Shown here one piece after another: positions 21,708 to 32,034 of a DNA stretch of 64,000 bases. The stretch's first letter is position 1. The number at the start of each line of letters is the position of its first letter. This DNA comes from Bryobacterales bacterium (GTDB lineage: Bacteria > Acidobacteriota > Terriglobia > Bryobacterales > UBA6623), in contig OY729428.2 in the NCBI GenBank assembly GCA_963422375.2, positions 1,792,001 through 1,856,000 of the forward strand, given 5' to 3'. The notes below the pieces were generated by a model. It saw only the letters and a program-made list of their open reading frames with translations. It was not told the DNA's origin and did no database searches. The position numbers and the translations under genes are program-made.

Positions 21708-24011
21708 ATGACCGGCGGCACGTCAGGGGCGAAGGTTCCGGCCTACGCCCGCGCGGTTGTCGCGATCCCGGTTGCGCTGTTTGCCTGGTTCTGCACGATG
21801 GTCCCGCAAGTCGCGGGCGGGGCGTCCCTCTATTGGGAGGTCCGGTGGCTGCCCCAGCAGGGTATCGCTCTAGGATTCCACGTCGACGGCCTCGCGCTGC
21901 TCTTCGCGCTCCTGATCACGGGCATCGGCAGCTTCATCCTGCTCTACGCGAGCGAGTACATGCGAGGGCAGGCGCATGTGGGCCGCTTCACGGCATTCCT
22001 TGTCTCGTTCATGCTCGCGATGCTCGGCCTCGTGCTGTCCGACAATCTAGTCGGCCTGTTCGTCTTCTGGGAGCTGACCGCGGTCACCTCGTTCCTGCTG
22101 ATCGGTTACTCGCACGAGGAGGCGACGGCGCGCCGCGCGGCCCTGCAGGGGCTGCTCGTGACTGGCGCGGGCGCGCTGGCTATGCTGGCGGGCTTCGTCC
22201 TCTTGGGCGAGGCGGCGGGGACCTACAGCCTGCGCGAGATGCTGGCCGGCGCGGGCTTGGCCGATCACCCCAGCTACGCCGCGATCCTGGCGCTGGTGCT
22301 GGCCGGGGCGTTCACGAAGTCGGCGCAGTTCCCGTTCCATTTCTGGCTGCCGAACGCGATGGCGGCGCCGACCCCCGTGTCCGCCTACCTCCACTCGGCA
22401 ACCATGGTGAAGGCCGGCGTGTTCCTCTTGGCGCGGGTCAGCCCCATTCTCGGCGGGACCGCGGAGTGGGCCGCGGTCCTGACGGGTGTCGGGGCCTTCA
22501 CGGCGGTCTACTCGGCGGCCGTGGCGCTGACGCGAACCGACCTCAAGCAGGTCTTGGCCTATTCGACGGTCATGGCCCTCGGCACCTGCGTGATGTTCAT
22601 CGGGCTTCCGCCCGGCGACGGCTTCGCGCCGGGGGCGCTCGCGGCGGTCACTGCGGTCTTTGTTCACGCGCTCTACAAGGCGGCGCTGTTCATGGCGGCC
22701 GGCACGATCGACCGCGCGACGGGCACGCGCGACCTGCGCGCGCTCGGCGGCCTGGGGAGGGCGATGCCCCTGACGTTCGCGGCGTCCGCCTTGGCGTCCC
22801 TCTCGATGGCCGGCGCGCCGCCGTTCCTAGGCTTCCTCGGCAAGGAGATGCTGTACTCGACCGCGCTCGACTCGCCGGCGGGGCTCTGGGCCGTGGCGGC
22901 CGTGTTTCTCGCCAGCGCTATGATCGTCACGGTCGCCCTGCTGGTGGGCGCGTTCCCTTTCGCCGGGCGGCGCGAGACGGCCCGGCGCGAGCCGCGCGAG
23001 GGACGCTGGCCGCTGTGGGTCGGCTCACTGACGTTGGGCGCTTGCGCGTTGATCGGCGGCCTGTGGGCACCCGCTGCCTTCGACTCCCTGCTGCTGCCGG
23101 CGGCCTCCGCGGTCGCGGGCCGGGGCTTGGAATTCCATCCCCACCTCTGGCCCGGCATGAAGCCCGAGGTCCTGCTGTCCGCCGCGACTCTCGCCGTCGG
23201 GGTGATCGTGTACTGGCGGCGCGCAGCGCTGCTCGCGGGCCTGGGACGGGCGCTCGCGCTGATTCCCGTCACCGGGGACCGATCGTACGACGCCTCCATG
23301 GCAGGCATCGCCCGCCTTGCGGCGTGGCACACGCGCTGGGTCCAGTGCGGCACCCACCGCCGCTACATCCTCGTCGTGTTCGGCACGCTCGGCGTCGGCC
23401 TCGCCGCGGCGATCGCCGTAAAGGGGGTGGCCTCGTGGCCGACGGGCCTGCCCGGCGCCAGCGCGGTCGAGTGGACGCTGGCGGCCATGATCGCGGCGTC
23501 GGCGCTCGTCACGATCCGGGCGCGCTCGCGCCTGCTGGCGATTTGCGCTCTCGGCGTCGTCGGGACGGGCGCGGCCCTCGTGTTCGCCCTGTACGGCGCA
23601 CCGGATGTCGCCCTGACGCAGCTGATGGTCGAGACGCTGGTCGTGGTGATCGTCGCCATGGTGCTGCTCAAGCTGCCCGATTTCCGGGGCGAGGTGCGTC
23701 AGACTTGGACCGGGCGCTGGCGCGACGGCATCGTCGCCGTCACGGTAGGGCTTGCGATCACGCTCGTGCTGCTGGCCGTGCTGGCGGAGCCGAAGAGCCG
23801 GGACCTGACGGCGTACTTCGAGCGGACGGCCCTGCCCGAGGGCTTCGGGCGGAACGTCGTCAACGTGATTCTCGTCGACTTCCGCGGGCTCGACACGCTC
23901 GGCGAGATCACCGTCCTGGCGGTGGCGTCGATGGCGGGCTTCGCCCTGATCCGCTGGCGCGCGATCCGCCCGGCACGACGGGCCGCGGCGCGGGCGGAGG
24001 GCCGGCCGTGA
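21708..24011 (+). CDS. mrpA: Mrp Na+/H+ antiporter subunit A
   Basis: [56 protein letters not shown] and [18 protein letters not shown]. Confidence 0.95.
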   Translation: MTGGTSGAKVPAYARAVVAIPVALFAWFCTMVPQVAGGASLYWEVRWLPQQGIALGFHVDGLALLFALLITGIGSFILLYASEYMRGQAHVGRFTAFLVSFMLAMLGLVLSDNLVGLFVFWELTAVTSFLLIGYSHEEATARRAALQGLLVTGAGALAMLAGFVLLGEAAGTYSLREMLAGAGLADHPSYAAILALVLAGAFTKSAQFPFHFWLPNAMAAPTPVSAYLHSATMVKAGVFLLARVSPILGGTAEWAAVLTGVGAFTAVYSAAVALTRTDLKQVLAYSTVMALGTCVMFIGLPPGDGFAPGALAAVTAVFVHALYKAALFMAAGTIDRATGTRDLRALGGLGRAMPLTFAASALASLSMAGAPPFLGFLGKEMLYSTALDSPAGLWAVAAVFLASAMIVTVALLVGAFPFAGRRETARREPREGRWPLWVGSLTLGACALIGGLWAPAAFDSLLLPAASAVAGRGLEFHPHLWPGMKPEVLLSAATLAVGVIVYWRRAALLAGLGRALALIPVTGDRSYDASMAGIARLAAWHTRWVQCGTHRRYILVVFGTLGVGLAAAIAVKGVASWPTGLPGASAVEWTLAAMIAASALVTIRARSRLLAICALGVVGTGAALVFALYGAPDVALTQLMVETLVVVIVAMVLLKLPDFRGEVRQTWTGRWRDGIVAVTVGLAITLVLLAVLAEPKSRDLTAYFERTALPEGFGRNVVNVILVDFRGLDTLGEITVLAVASMAGFALIRWRAIRPARRAAARAEGRP

Positions 24012-24412
24012 ACACGCTGGTGCTCCGCGAGACGACGCGAATTCTCGTCGCGCTGATTCTGGTGTTCTCCGTGTTCATGCTGATGCGGGGCCACAACGAG
24101 CCGGGCGGCGGGTTCGTCGGCGGCCTGATCGCGTCGATCGCTTTCTCGCTGCATGCGTTCGTGGCCGGATCGGCGGCGCTGCGGAAGGTGCTGCGAGCCG
24201 ATCCCAGCCGGATCGGGGCTGTCGGCCTGGGCCTGGCGATCGCCTCGGGCTTCGTGGCGGCCGCCGGCGGGGACTCGCCGTTCCTAACCTCCTCCTGGGT
24301 GACCGTCAGCGGCATCAAGGTCGGCTCGCCTCTGCTGTTCGACGTCGGCGTCTACCTCGTCGTCGTCGGCGCGGTGCTAACGTTCGTCCTCGGCATCAAG
24401 GAAGAGAAGTGA
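24008..24412 (+). CDS. mrpB: Mrp Na+/H+ antiporter subunit B
   Basis: GTG overlaps the mrpA stop; [14 protein letters not shown] and FDVGVYLVV. Confidence 0.92.
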   Translation: MNTLVLRETTRILVALILVFSVFMLMRGHNEPGGGFVGGLIASIAFSLHAFVAGSAALRKVLRADPSRIGAVGLGLAIASGFVAAAGGDSPFLTSSWVTVSGIKVGSPLLFDVGVYLVVVGAVLTFVLGIKEEK

Positions 24413-24453
24413 GCGCCTGACTCGCGACCGGCGAGCGTGCGGAGGCATTCGCG

Positions 24454-24840
24454 ATGCAGCAACTTGTGGCCGTGCTGGTGGGCGTGTTGATGGCGTCGAG
24501 CGTCTACCTGATGCTGAGCCGCAACCTGGTGCGGTTCGTGCTGGGGCTGGCCTTGATCTCCCATGCGGCCAACCTCTTGATCTTCGTCAGCGGCGGCATC
24601 ACCATCGCGATGCCCTCGCTCGTGCCGGAGGGCGCGAGCCGACCGGCCCCGGGCGGATCGGACGCGGTGGCCCAGGCCCTCATCCTCACGGCCATTGTGA
24701 TCTCGTTCAGCGTGCTCACGTTCGCGCTGGTGCTGGCCTATCGCGCCTACCAGCGGCTGGAGACGGTCGACACCGACGCGATGCGCGCGGCCGAGCCGCG
24801 GCGGCCCCCGCCGTCAGGCGGGGCGGGGGATCTTCCGTGA
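24454..24840 (+). CDS. mrpC: Mrp Na+/H+ antiporter subunit C
   Basis: YLMLSRNLVR, SHAANL and QALILTAIVISF. Confidence 0.92.
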   Translation: MQQLVAVLVGVLMASSVYLMLSRNLVRFVLGLALISHAANLLIFVSGGITIAMPSLVPEGASRPAPGGSDAVAQALILTAIVISFSVLTFALVLAYRAYQRLETVDTDAMRAAEPRRPPPSGGAGDLP

Positions 24841-26384
24841 GCTGGCTCCTATTCGGCCCGATCGTGCTGCCTCTGATCGCCGCGGTCGTCACCGGGAGCG
24901 CCGGCGGCGACCCGCGCCGCCAGCGCGCCATGAGCTTGTGTTCCGTCCTCGGCTTGCTCGGCCTCGCGGCCGCCCTGCTGACGACGGTCTGGCGGGAGGG
25001 CGTCTTCTCGGCGCAGGCCGGCGGCTGGCCGGCCCCGTTCGGGATCACCTTGGTGGCGGACCACCTCAGCGCCGCGATGGTGGCGGTCACGGCCGTGGTC
25101 GGCGTCGCGGCGGTGGTGTACTCCTTCGAGGATGTAGGCTCCGCCGTCCTGTCGCGGTCCTTCCATCCGCTGCTGCACGCGCTGCTGGCCGGCGTGTGCG
25201 GGGCGTTTCTGGCCGGGGATCTGTTCAATCTATACGTCTGGTTCGAGGTGATGCTGATCTCCTCGATCGGCCTGCTGGTGGTCGGCGGCACTAGGGCACA
25301 GCTCGACGGCGCGGTGCGCTACGCGGCGCTCAGCCTGATCGCGACCACGCTGCTGCTCACCGGTATCGGCCTGCTCTACGGCTTGGTCGGCACTCTCAAC
25401 ATGGCCGACTTGCACCTGCGCGTGCCGGAGCTGGCCAACCAGGGGCTGGTCACGGTGATCGCCTTGATCTTCATCGTGGCGTTCGGCCTCAAGTCCGCCG
25501 TCTTCCCGCTCTTCTTCTGGCTGCCCGCCAGCTACCACACCCCGAAGGTCACGGTCTCGGCGGTCTTCTCGGGGCTGCTCACCAAGGTCGGCGTGTACGC
25601 CCTCATGCGGCTCTTCACCCTCGTGTTCGTCGGCGACGCGGGCTTCACCCACCAGATCCTGCTCTGGGTCGCCGGCTTCACCATGGTGACGGGCGTGCTG
25701 GGCGCAGCCTCGCACGAGCACCTGCGGCGCATCCTCTCCTTCCACATCGTGAGCCAGATCGGGTACATGATCCTCGGGCTGGCCCTGCTGACCCCGCTGG
25801 GGCTGCTCGGCGGCATCTTCTACGTGATCCACCACATCGTGGTGAAGGCGAACCTTTTTTTCGTCGCCGGAGCCGTGCGGCGCTTGGGCGGGGCGTCCGA
25901 TCTGAGCAGGCTGGGGGGCCTCTACCGGGACAAGCCGCTCTTGGCCGCCCTGTTCTTCGTGCCGGCGTTCTCGCTGGCAGGCTTCCCCCCGCTGTCGGGC
26001 TTTTGGGCGAAGTTCCTGCTCGTCCGCGCTTCCATCGAGGCCGGCCAGTACGCGATCGCGGCGACGGCCCTCGGGGTAGGACTGCTCACGGCTTATTCGA
26101 TGACCAAGATCTGGCTCAATGCCTTCTGGAAGCCCCTTCCGGGCCACCTCGTGCCGCCCGCGCCGCTGCCACCGGCTAGACGCCGACTCCTGCTGGGCCC
26201 TGTCGCGGGCCTGGCGGCGATCACCCTGGCGATCGGCCTCTACGTGCGGCCGTTCTACGAGCTCGCCGAGCGCGCCGCCTCGGAGCTGCTGGACCCGAGC
26301 GCGTACGTGGAGGCCGTGCTGGGAGAGGCCGGCGGTCCGGTCGGGTCGGCGGGGCGCTCCGCCGGGAACGGAGCGGCGCGGTGA
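24837..26384 (+). CDS. mrpD: Mrp Na+/H+ antiporter subunit D
   Basis: GDLFNLYVWFEVML, FPLFFWLPASY, LTKVGVY and GFPPLSGFWAK. Confidence 0.93.
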   Translation: MSWLLFGPIVLPLIAAVVTGSAGGDPRRQRAMSLCSVLGLLGLAAALLTTVWREGVFSAQAGGWPAPFGITLVADHLSAAMVAVTAVVGVAAVVYSFEDVGSAVLSRSFHPLLHALLAGVCGAFLAGDLFNLYVWFEVMLISSIGLLVVGGTRAQLDGAVRYAALSLIATTLLLTGIGLLYGLVGTLNMADLHLRVPELANQGLVTVIALIFIVAFGLKSAVFPLFFWLPASYHTPKVTVSAVFSGLLTKVGVYALMRLFTLVFVGDAGFTHQILLWVAGFTMVTGVLGAASHEHLRRILSFHIVSQIGYMILGLALLTPLGLLGGIFYVIHHIVVKANLFFVAGAVRRLGGASDLSRLGGLYRDKPLLAALFFVPAFSLAGFPPLSGFWAKFLLVRASIEAGQYAIAATALGVGLLTAYSMTKIWLNAFWKPLPGHLVPPAPLPPARRRLLLGPVAGLAAITLAIGLYVRPFYELAERAASELLDPSAYVEAVLGEAGGPVGSAGRSAGNGAAR

Positions 26385-26857
26385 CGGGCCTGTTCCGCTT
26401 CAACCTGCTGCTCGCGGTGGGCTGGTGCGCCCTCTGGGGCGGCTTCACGTCCGCCAACTTCGTGGCTGGGTTCCTGATCGGCTTCGGGGCGCTGAGCGTC
26501 GCCAGCCCGATGTTCGGCAGGACCGGTTACTTCGGAAGCGTGGTTCGCATGGCGAACCTCGGGTTCTACTTTCTCTGGGAACTTGCCATCTCGAGCATTC
26601 AGGTGGCTTGGGAAGTGCTTACGCCGGTGCATCGGTCGCGGCCGGCGATCCTCGCGGTGCCCCTCGACATCGACGATCCGGCGCAGATCACGGTGTTGGC
26701 GAACCTGATCTCCCTGACGCCGGGGTCGCTGAGCCTGGACGTGAGCCCGGACGAGCGAACCCTATATGTGCATGTTATGTTCGTCGACGATCCGGACCGG
26801 GCGCGGCAGAAGATCAAGTCCGGATTCGAGCGCCGCGTGCGGGAGGCGATGCAGTGA
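26381..26857 (+). CDS. mrpE: Mrp Na+/H+ antiporter subunit E
   Basis: ANLISLTPGSL and LYVH motifs; operon position. Confidence 0.92.
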   Translation: MTGLFRFNLLLAVGWCALWGGFTSANFVAGFLIGFGALSVASPMFGRTGYFGSVVRMANLGFYFLWELAISSIQVAWEVLTPVHRSRPAILAVPLDIDDPAQITVLANLISLTPGSLSLDVSPDERTLYVHVMFVDDPDRARQKIKSGFERRVREAMQ

Positions 26858-27186
26858 TCGGCCTGGCTCAGCACTCGGCGGTCGTGGCATGGGCCACCGG
26901 CGTGACGGCGGGCCTGACCCTGCTGGGGATGGTGCTGGCCTTCGTGCGCCTGGTCAAGGGGCCGTCCTTGCCGGACCGCGTGGTGTCGGCCGACCTGATC
27001 ACGACGCTCTCGGTAGCGCTCGCGGGCCTGTTCGCGGTGGCTAGTCGCCGGCGGGAGTTCGTTGACGTCGCGGTCGCGCTGGCCCTCGTGGCGTTCCTGG
27101 CGACGGTCGCATTCGCCTGGTATGCGGACCGGCGCACCCCCCAGATCGGCCCGGAGAGCGGGCCGCCCGGAGGAGGGGGGAGCTGA
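26854..27186 (+). CDS. mrpF: Mrp Na+/H+ antiporter subunit F
   Basis: GTG overlaps the mrpE stop; RLVKGPSLPDRVVSAD and FLATVAFA. Confidence 0.9.
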   Translation: MIGLAQHSAVVAWATGVTAGLTLLGMVLAFVRLVKGPSLPDRVVSADLITTLSVALAGLFAVASRRREFVDVAVALALVAFLATVAFAWYADRRTPQIGPESGPPGGGGS

Positions 27187-27188
27187 TC

Positions 27189-27551
27189 ATGCCGCCCGAA
27201 TCGACGCTGGCCGACTGGGTCGTCGCCGCCGTGCTCGTGACGGGCGGGTTCTTCCTGTTCGTCGCGAGCCTGGGTATCCTGCGCATGCCGGACGTGATCA
27301 TTCGCATGCACGCATCGACGAAGGCGGGCACGCTCGGCGCGGGGCTGGTCTTCATCGCCGTGGCCCTGCACCTCGGGGACATCGTGACGGTCTGGCTGTC
27401 GATCCTGACCGTGGTGTTCCTGCTGGTGACCGCGCCGGTCGCCGCCCACGCGATCGCGAGGGCGGCCTACCGCATGAGAATCCCGCTCTGGAAGAACACT
27501 CACCTAGACGAGTGGAAGGGGCAGGCCGCGCCCAGGAGGAAATCTCCCTAG
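27189..27551 (+). CDS. mrpG: Mrp Na+/H+ antiporter subunit G
   Basis: GILRMPD..RMHASTKAGTLG and TAPVAAH. Confidence 0.92.
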   Translation: MPPESTLADWVVAAVLVTGGFFLFVASLGILRMPDVIIRMHASTKAGTLGAGLVFIAVALHLGDIVTVWLSILTVVFLLVTAPVAAHAIARAAYRMRIPLWKNTHLDEWKGQAAPRRKSP

Positions 27552-27677
27552 ATCCCCCGGACTTGGGACGATCGGCCACTCTTCGCCGGGATCACCCCGG
27601 TCGACCTGGCGAGCCACGGGTGCCTGCGAGCCGCAAGCGCAGCAGGTCGAGGGGCGCTCGGCTCCGCCGCGTCGACG

Positions 27678-28994
27678 CTAGTCGGGGAGGTCCGCTTGCC
27701 CGGGCTCGGGGAGCCAGAAGCTGGCGGCCAGGCCGATCGCGTAGGTCGCCGTGCCAACGATGCCGGCGGCGGACGCCAGCTGCAGGAACTGGTCGGCGCC
27801 CGGAGCGTAGTTCGCGATCGTGGTCGTCACCATCGCCGCGAACGTCCCGAGCATCCGCCCGCCGATGTTTGCGGCGAAGGCCTCGCCCGTGCCGCGCAGG
27901 CGGGTCGGGTAGACGCGAGGCAGGTAGTTCCCCCAGAAGCTGAATTGCGCTACGGTGACGAGGCCGGCTAGGAAGATCCCGACGCGCAGCATTTCTAGGT
28001 TGCTGGTAGCGGCGTAGAAGAATACGAACGGGAAAACCACGATGCCGCAAAGCTGAAACGCTCGTAGCATGTTCCGGCGGGACGCGACCACCACTACCAG
28101 CACGGCGAGCAGGAGTCGGCCCGCCACGCCTCCGACCTCCTGCACAGCCTGGACGCCGGCAATCACCCCCTCCTGAGCGGGGCGGTCGAGGTCGGGCACT
28201 AGGCCGGGCACGATTCGCGGCACGTGCTGGATGGCTCCGAAGGCGGCCCCGTAGCTGCAGGCCACGATGACAGTCGTGACGACAGTGGTGCGGAACAGCC
28301 GCGGCTGGAACAGCTCCAGGACGCTCGGGCGCTGGAGCAGCCCCTTCTTCTTCTTCTCCGCCCAGAGCGGGGATTCCGGCAGGAATGGCCGAATGACCAT
28401 GAGCGGGATCGCTGGGATGAGCCCGGAAATCAGGGTGTAGCGCCATGCTTCGTGCCCGCCGTAGATTTCCGGCAGCCGCTCGCCGTGCGTGTTGGCCAGG
28501 TAGTAGGCGCCCGTCACCATCAGGCCTCCGACCGAGCTGAAGGCCTGGGTCCAGCCCAGGACGGCTTCGCGCCTCTTGGCCTCGGGGAAGAGTTCGGCGA
28601 GCCAAGCGATCGCCGCCACGAATTCCACCGCGACTCCGATGAAGGTGGTGCAGCGGAAGAACAGCAGCGCCCACAGATTGGTCGCGAAGCCCGCGGCGCA
28701 GGCCGAGAAGCCGTACAGCAGGATGCTCCAGACGAGCACCGACCGTCGGCCGAGCCGGTCGGTCAGCCAGCCGCCCAATAGTCCGAACACGCCGCCGAAC
28801 ACGGCCGGTACGAAGAACAGCAGGCCCACCCACTGGTTGAACTCGGGCGTGCCGGGGCGCACGTCCGCCAGCTCCAGCAGCGCCGGCCGCACGATCAGCG
28901 GCAGCATGAGCAGCTCGTAAATGTCGAACGCGAAGCCGAGAGCCGCGACGAAGCAGATGAGCCACTGCTTGTCGGTGGGTTTCGGATGCGCCAT
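27678..28994 (-). CDS. MFS transporter
   Basis: Motif A GWLTDRLGRR, AELFP, YPTRLRGTG and about 12 hydrophobic segments. Confidence 0.9.
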   Translation of the reverse strand: MAHPKPTDKQWLICFVAALGFAFDIYELLMLPLIVRPALLELADVRPGTPEFNQWVGLLFFVPAVFGGVFGLLGGWLTDRLGRRSVLVWSILLYGFSACAAGFATNLWALLFFRCTTFIGVAVEFVAAIAWLAELFPEAKRREAVLGWTQAFSSVGGLMVTGAYYLANTHGERLPEIYGGHEAWRYTLISGLIPAIPLMVIRPFLPESPLWAEKKKKGLLQRPSVLELFQPRLFRTTVVTTVIVACSYGAAFGAIQHVPRIVPGLVPDLDRPAQEGVIAGVQAVQEVGGVAGRLLLAVLVVVVASRRNMLRAFQLCGIVVFPFVFFYAATSNLEMLRVGIFLAGLVTVAQFSFWGNYLPRVYPTRLRGTGEAFAANIGGRMLGTFAAMVTTTIANYAPGADQFLQLASAAGIVGTATYAIGLAASFWLPEPGQADLPD

Positions 28995-29044
28995 GGAATG
29001 CTCTAGACTCTACCGGATTGTGCCCGACGGATGACCCGGTTGCC

Positions 29045-29503
29045 TTACAGCACCAGTTCGCTTGCCTTCATGCCCCCGCAGCCGCCTTCCTTGAAGGGGC
29101 GCGGGCAGCCGCCCGTGTAGCAGGAATCCCCGCTGAAGCCGCGCGGGTTGATGAACTCGATCCACTCCCGCACCTTGGAACGCACCTGCTCGGCCGTCGC
29201 GTCCTGCTTGGCGATCATATACTGGCTCAGGCCCCAAACCGTACGGGAGATGTTGCAGGGGCAGCAGCAGGTGTAGGCGCTGTTGTCAGAGCAGCAGGGC
29301 GCGGGGATCGCTCCCAGGGCCGCCTTCTTGACGCGCTCCTGCGGCGGGGTTAGCCGGATCTCGGCGTGCCAGCGCATGAACTCGCGCGACTGCGCTTCCA
29401 CGTCGCGGAACTCGATCTCGGCCGCTTGCAGGCGCGGCTTCCGGATCAGCGCGAGCGGGCCCGCCGCGGCTAGGAACAGCAATTGCCTTCTCGCGAGCAG
29501 CAT
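29045..29503 (-). CDS. Small cysteine-rich hypothetical protein with possible Tat signal
   Basis: ATG at 29503, RRQLLFLAAAG, 9 Cys (PCCSDNSAYTCCCPCN and SCYTGGC..GGCGG). Confidence 0.65.
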   Translation of the reverse strand: MLLARRQLLFLAAAGPLALIRKPRLQAAEIEFRDVEAQSREFMRWHAEIRLTPPQERVKKAALGAIPAPCCSDNSAYTCCCPCNISRTVWGLSQYMIAKQDATAEQVRSKVREWIEFINPRGFSGDSCYTGGCPRPFKEGGCGGMKASELVL

Positions 29504-29589
29504 CCCCCCAGAATAGCTCAGTGCCTCTCTGGTGCGGCGGGCATCTGGTCGGGAGCGTTCTTCCGGCCCGGCGCGACCGGCGGGCGGTT

Positions 29590-30231
29590 CTAGTCCAGCC
29601 GCCGGATTCTCACGTTCCTGAAGCTCACGGTGCTGTTGTGGTCCTGAAGGGCGATGCGCCCGCTGCGAGCCTGGCTGAGGCCCGTGCCTTTCTTGGCGGC
29701 TGCGGCGCGTCGGCGGAAGTCGTCGCTCGCAAAGTCGAACTCGACCACCAATCGGCCGTTGAGCCAGTGCCGGGCGACGGATCCTCGAACAAGAATCCGC
29801 AAATCGTTCCATTCGCCCGGCGGCCTGGCCGCGCCCGCGTCGGGAGCGTAGCGCCCGTACGCCGCCCCGGCTCGGCGCTTCGGATCCCGCTGCGATGCCG
29901 TTCGGGCGTTGTCGGCGATCTGGCACTCGACGGCGGAGCCGGCGGGGTTGCCGTCCCCGGCGTAGCGGTAGAACACGCCGCTGTTGCCTAGCGGCTCGAC
30001 CGCCCACTGGAGGCGCAGGTCTAAGTCCCCGAACTCGCGGTCGGAGACGAGCATTCCGGGCCGCCCGCTGACGGCGAGGACGGAGCCGGAGACTGTCCAA
30101 GAACCGGTGCCGCCCTCCCGTCGCGCGACGGACCAGCCATTCAGAGTGGTGCCGTCGAAGAGAGGCTTGAAGCCCGGCTCGGCCGCCTGCGCGCCGGCCG
30201 CGAGCACGATTGCGAGGGCAGCCTGCTTCAT
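29590..30231 (-). CDS. DUF1080 / 3-keto-disaccharide hydrolase family protein
   Basis: GFKPLFDGTTLNGW, NSGVFY, ECQIAD, GEWN and GRIALQDH..VSFRNVRIR. Confidence 0.88.
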   Translation of the reverse strand: MKQAALAIVLAAGAQAAEPGFKPLFDGTTLNGWSVARREGGTGSWTVSGSVLAVSGRPGMLVSDREFGDLDLRLQWAVEPLGNSGVFYRYAGDGNPAGSAVECQIADNARTASQRDPKRRAGAAYGRYAPDAGAARPPGEWNDLRILVRGSVARHWLNGRLVVEFDFASDDFRRRAAAAKKGTGLSQARSGRIALQDHNSTVSFRNVRIRRLD

Positions 30232-31709
30232 AGCTCGCGCACCTGCTCCGTTTCAAGGTCGAAGGCCATGGCCTTGTTCCGGCGGTGGGCTTCCACGCCT
30301 AGGCTGACCGCGACCTGCGAGCGGTACCCGAGCTCGCCGTCCAGCGGAGCCGGCTTGCGCGTGCGGATGGCCTCTAGGAAGTAGTGCCGGAACGACTCGG
30401 TCCGGAGTGCCTCGATGCGCAGCGTCGGCTTCACGGCCAGGGTCTCGGCGCGTTGCTCGAACAGCGCCTGCAGATAGGCGTCGCGCGCATCGCCCGGAAC
30501 GGCGACTCCGGGGCGCGAGCGTGCGTCGCTCTCATACCGCTCGCGCCAGCGCGGCTCGGCCAGAAGCATCGCGACCATTTGTCGCTTGCGGCGCTCGCTC
30601 ATGCCATGGATGTTCGTCGGCCGGACAGGGAGCCTCTCCTCGGCCCACGTGCCCATCGCGTCCAGGCCGGATGCGGCGACCCGCTCCCTGAAGCCGTCGA
30701 TGAATGGCTCCTCGGGAACCAGGCGCAGGGATCTCGGCCGCAGGTGGTTGCCCTCGAAGTGAATGTTGGCCTCGTGCCCGCGCACGATGATCGGCAGCTC
30801 GACGCTGTTTCGCAGCGAACCCCCGCACACGACGGTGTGCCTGGACGGGAAGTCGAGCGAGATGACGAGGACGTCCGGAACCTCCATGACTGCGTCGGGC
30901 GTGCCGTATAGCCCGCCGGCCGAAACGGCGCGGACCGGGAACTCCCTGCCGAGCACGTGGATGAGGGGCGTCACGTGGTGGTAGTAGAGGTCTGTCGCGA
31001 TGCCGCCCGAGTAGTCGCGGTAGCGCCGCCAGCGGAAGAATCTCTCCCGCGAGAACGGTCGCTTCGGGGCGCTCCCCAGGAACGCGTCCCAGTCCAGGTT
31101 GGCGGGGCTGGCCGTCCGGTCAATCACGTAGTGGAACGGAGGGTTGCGGGTGTTCCGGCTCCGGCTGGTCTGGCTCCAGAGAATCTTCCCCAGCAGGCCC
31201 GCCGCGACGGCCCGGCGGGCCGGCTCCCAGATGCCGTGCGCGATGTGCTCGCTGTCTACGGCGAGGATGCGGTTGGTTTCCTTGGCGACGCGGACCATCT
31301 CCCTGGCTTGGGCCACGGTCAGGCTCATGGGCTTCTCGACATCCACGTCCTTGCCGGCCTGCATAGCGTCAATCGCCATCGGCGCATGCCAGTGGTCCGG
31401 GGTGCAGATGATTACCGCGTCCACGTCCGCGTCGGCGAGAAGGTCCCGGTAGCGCCTGTAGCCCTTGGCCCCGGTCTGGGACACGCCGGCGTCCAGACGG
31501 GGGGCGTAAATGTCGCAGACTGCGGAGACCCGGGAGTCGGCCCGCTCCGTGTACTCCCCGATGTGCCCCTTCGAGATGTTGCCTAGGCCGATGATGCCGA
31601 TGCCCGCGACGTCGTTCGCGCCGAGTATCCTGCTGTACGACACGGCCGTCGCTGCGAGCGCGGCTCCGGCGCCGAGCCTGCGACGTGTCAGCCCGTCCAT
31701 GCCCGGCAT
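30228..31709 (-). CDS. Gfo/Idh/MocA-family oxidoreductase with Tat-like N-terminus
   Basis: TRRRL, SRILGAND, IGIIGLG, TPDHWH, GKDVDVEKPMS, LDWDAFLGSAP and WRRYRDYSGG. Confidence 0.88.
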   Translation of the reverse strand: MPGMDGLTRRRLGAGAALAATAVSYSRILGANDVAGIGIIGLGNISKGHIGEYTERADSRVSAVCDIYAPRLDAGVSQTGAKGYRRYRDLLADADVDAVIICTPDHWHAPMAIDAMQAGKDVDVEKPMSLTVAQAREMVRVAKETNRILAVDSEHIAHGIWEPARRAVAAGLLGKILWSQTSRSRNTRNPPFHYVIDRTASPANLDWDAFLGSAPKRPFSRERFFRWRRYRDYSGGIATDLYYHHVTPLIHVLGREFPVRAVSAGGLYGTPDAVMEVPDVLVISLDFPSRHTVVCGGSLRNSVELPIIVRGHEANIHFEGNHLRPRSLRLVPEEPFIDGFRERVAASGLDAMGTWAEERLPVRPTNIHGMSERRKRQMVAMLLAEPRWRERYESDARSRPGVAVPGDARDAYLQALFEQRAETLAVKPTLRIEALRTESFRHYFLEAIRTRKPAPLDGELGYRSQVAVSLGVEAHRRNKAMAFDLETEQVREL

Positions 31710-32034
31710 TTTACAGCAGGAGTCGCTGCGCCGCGGGCCCGATTCCGGTTAGGGATGCGCCTCTCGGTCACTCCGCAGCCGCTGCGCCGACGAGCGGCAG
31801 CCCCCACGGCAGGCCCGCTCCCCGGCCTGCGATGGCTTGGTCGCCTTTCATTCCGGTGAATGCGTGCTCAACCCGCCCGGGTTGCCCTTGCCGCGCCCGG
31901 CCCGCTACGAGTTGCGGGTCGGTTCCGGCCTGCGACTTGGCGTTGCGGTCCGAATGGTACCGTCCGCCGGAGTGGCAAGGGTCTCCAGCCCGCCCGGCCA
32001 TCGGCCAGACGGATGCTGCGAACGCAGCGCGGTG

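Noticed and set aside
21833..24412. 859-aa ORF and similar long Arg/Gly/Pro-rich overlapping or antisense ORFs (e.g. 4939-6660, 6068-7831, 46161-47951)
   Set aside because: These are shadow frames of real genes in high-GC DNA. Only the last 134 codons of this ORF are real (mrpB).
21708..27551. mrp operon as a novel system
   Set aside because: It has the canonical seven-gene group 1 arrangement.
29504..30256. N-terminal part of the 403-aa ORF
   Set aside because: It overlaps the DUF1080 gene in another frame; only 29045-29503 looks coding.
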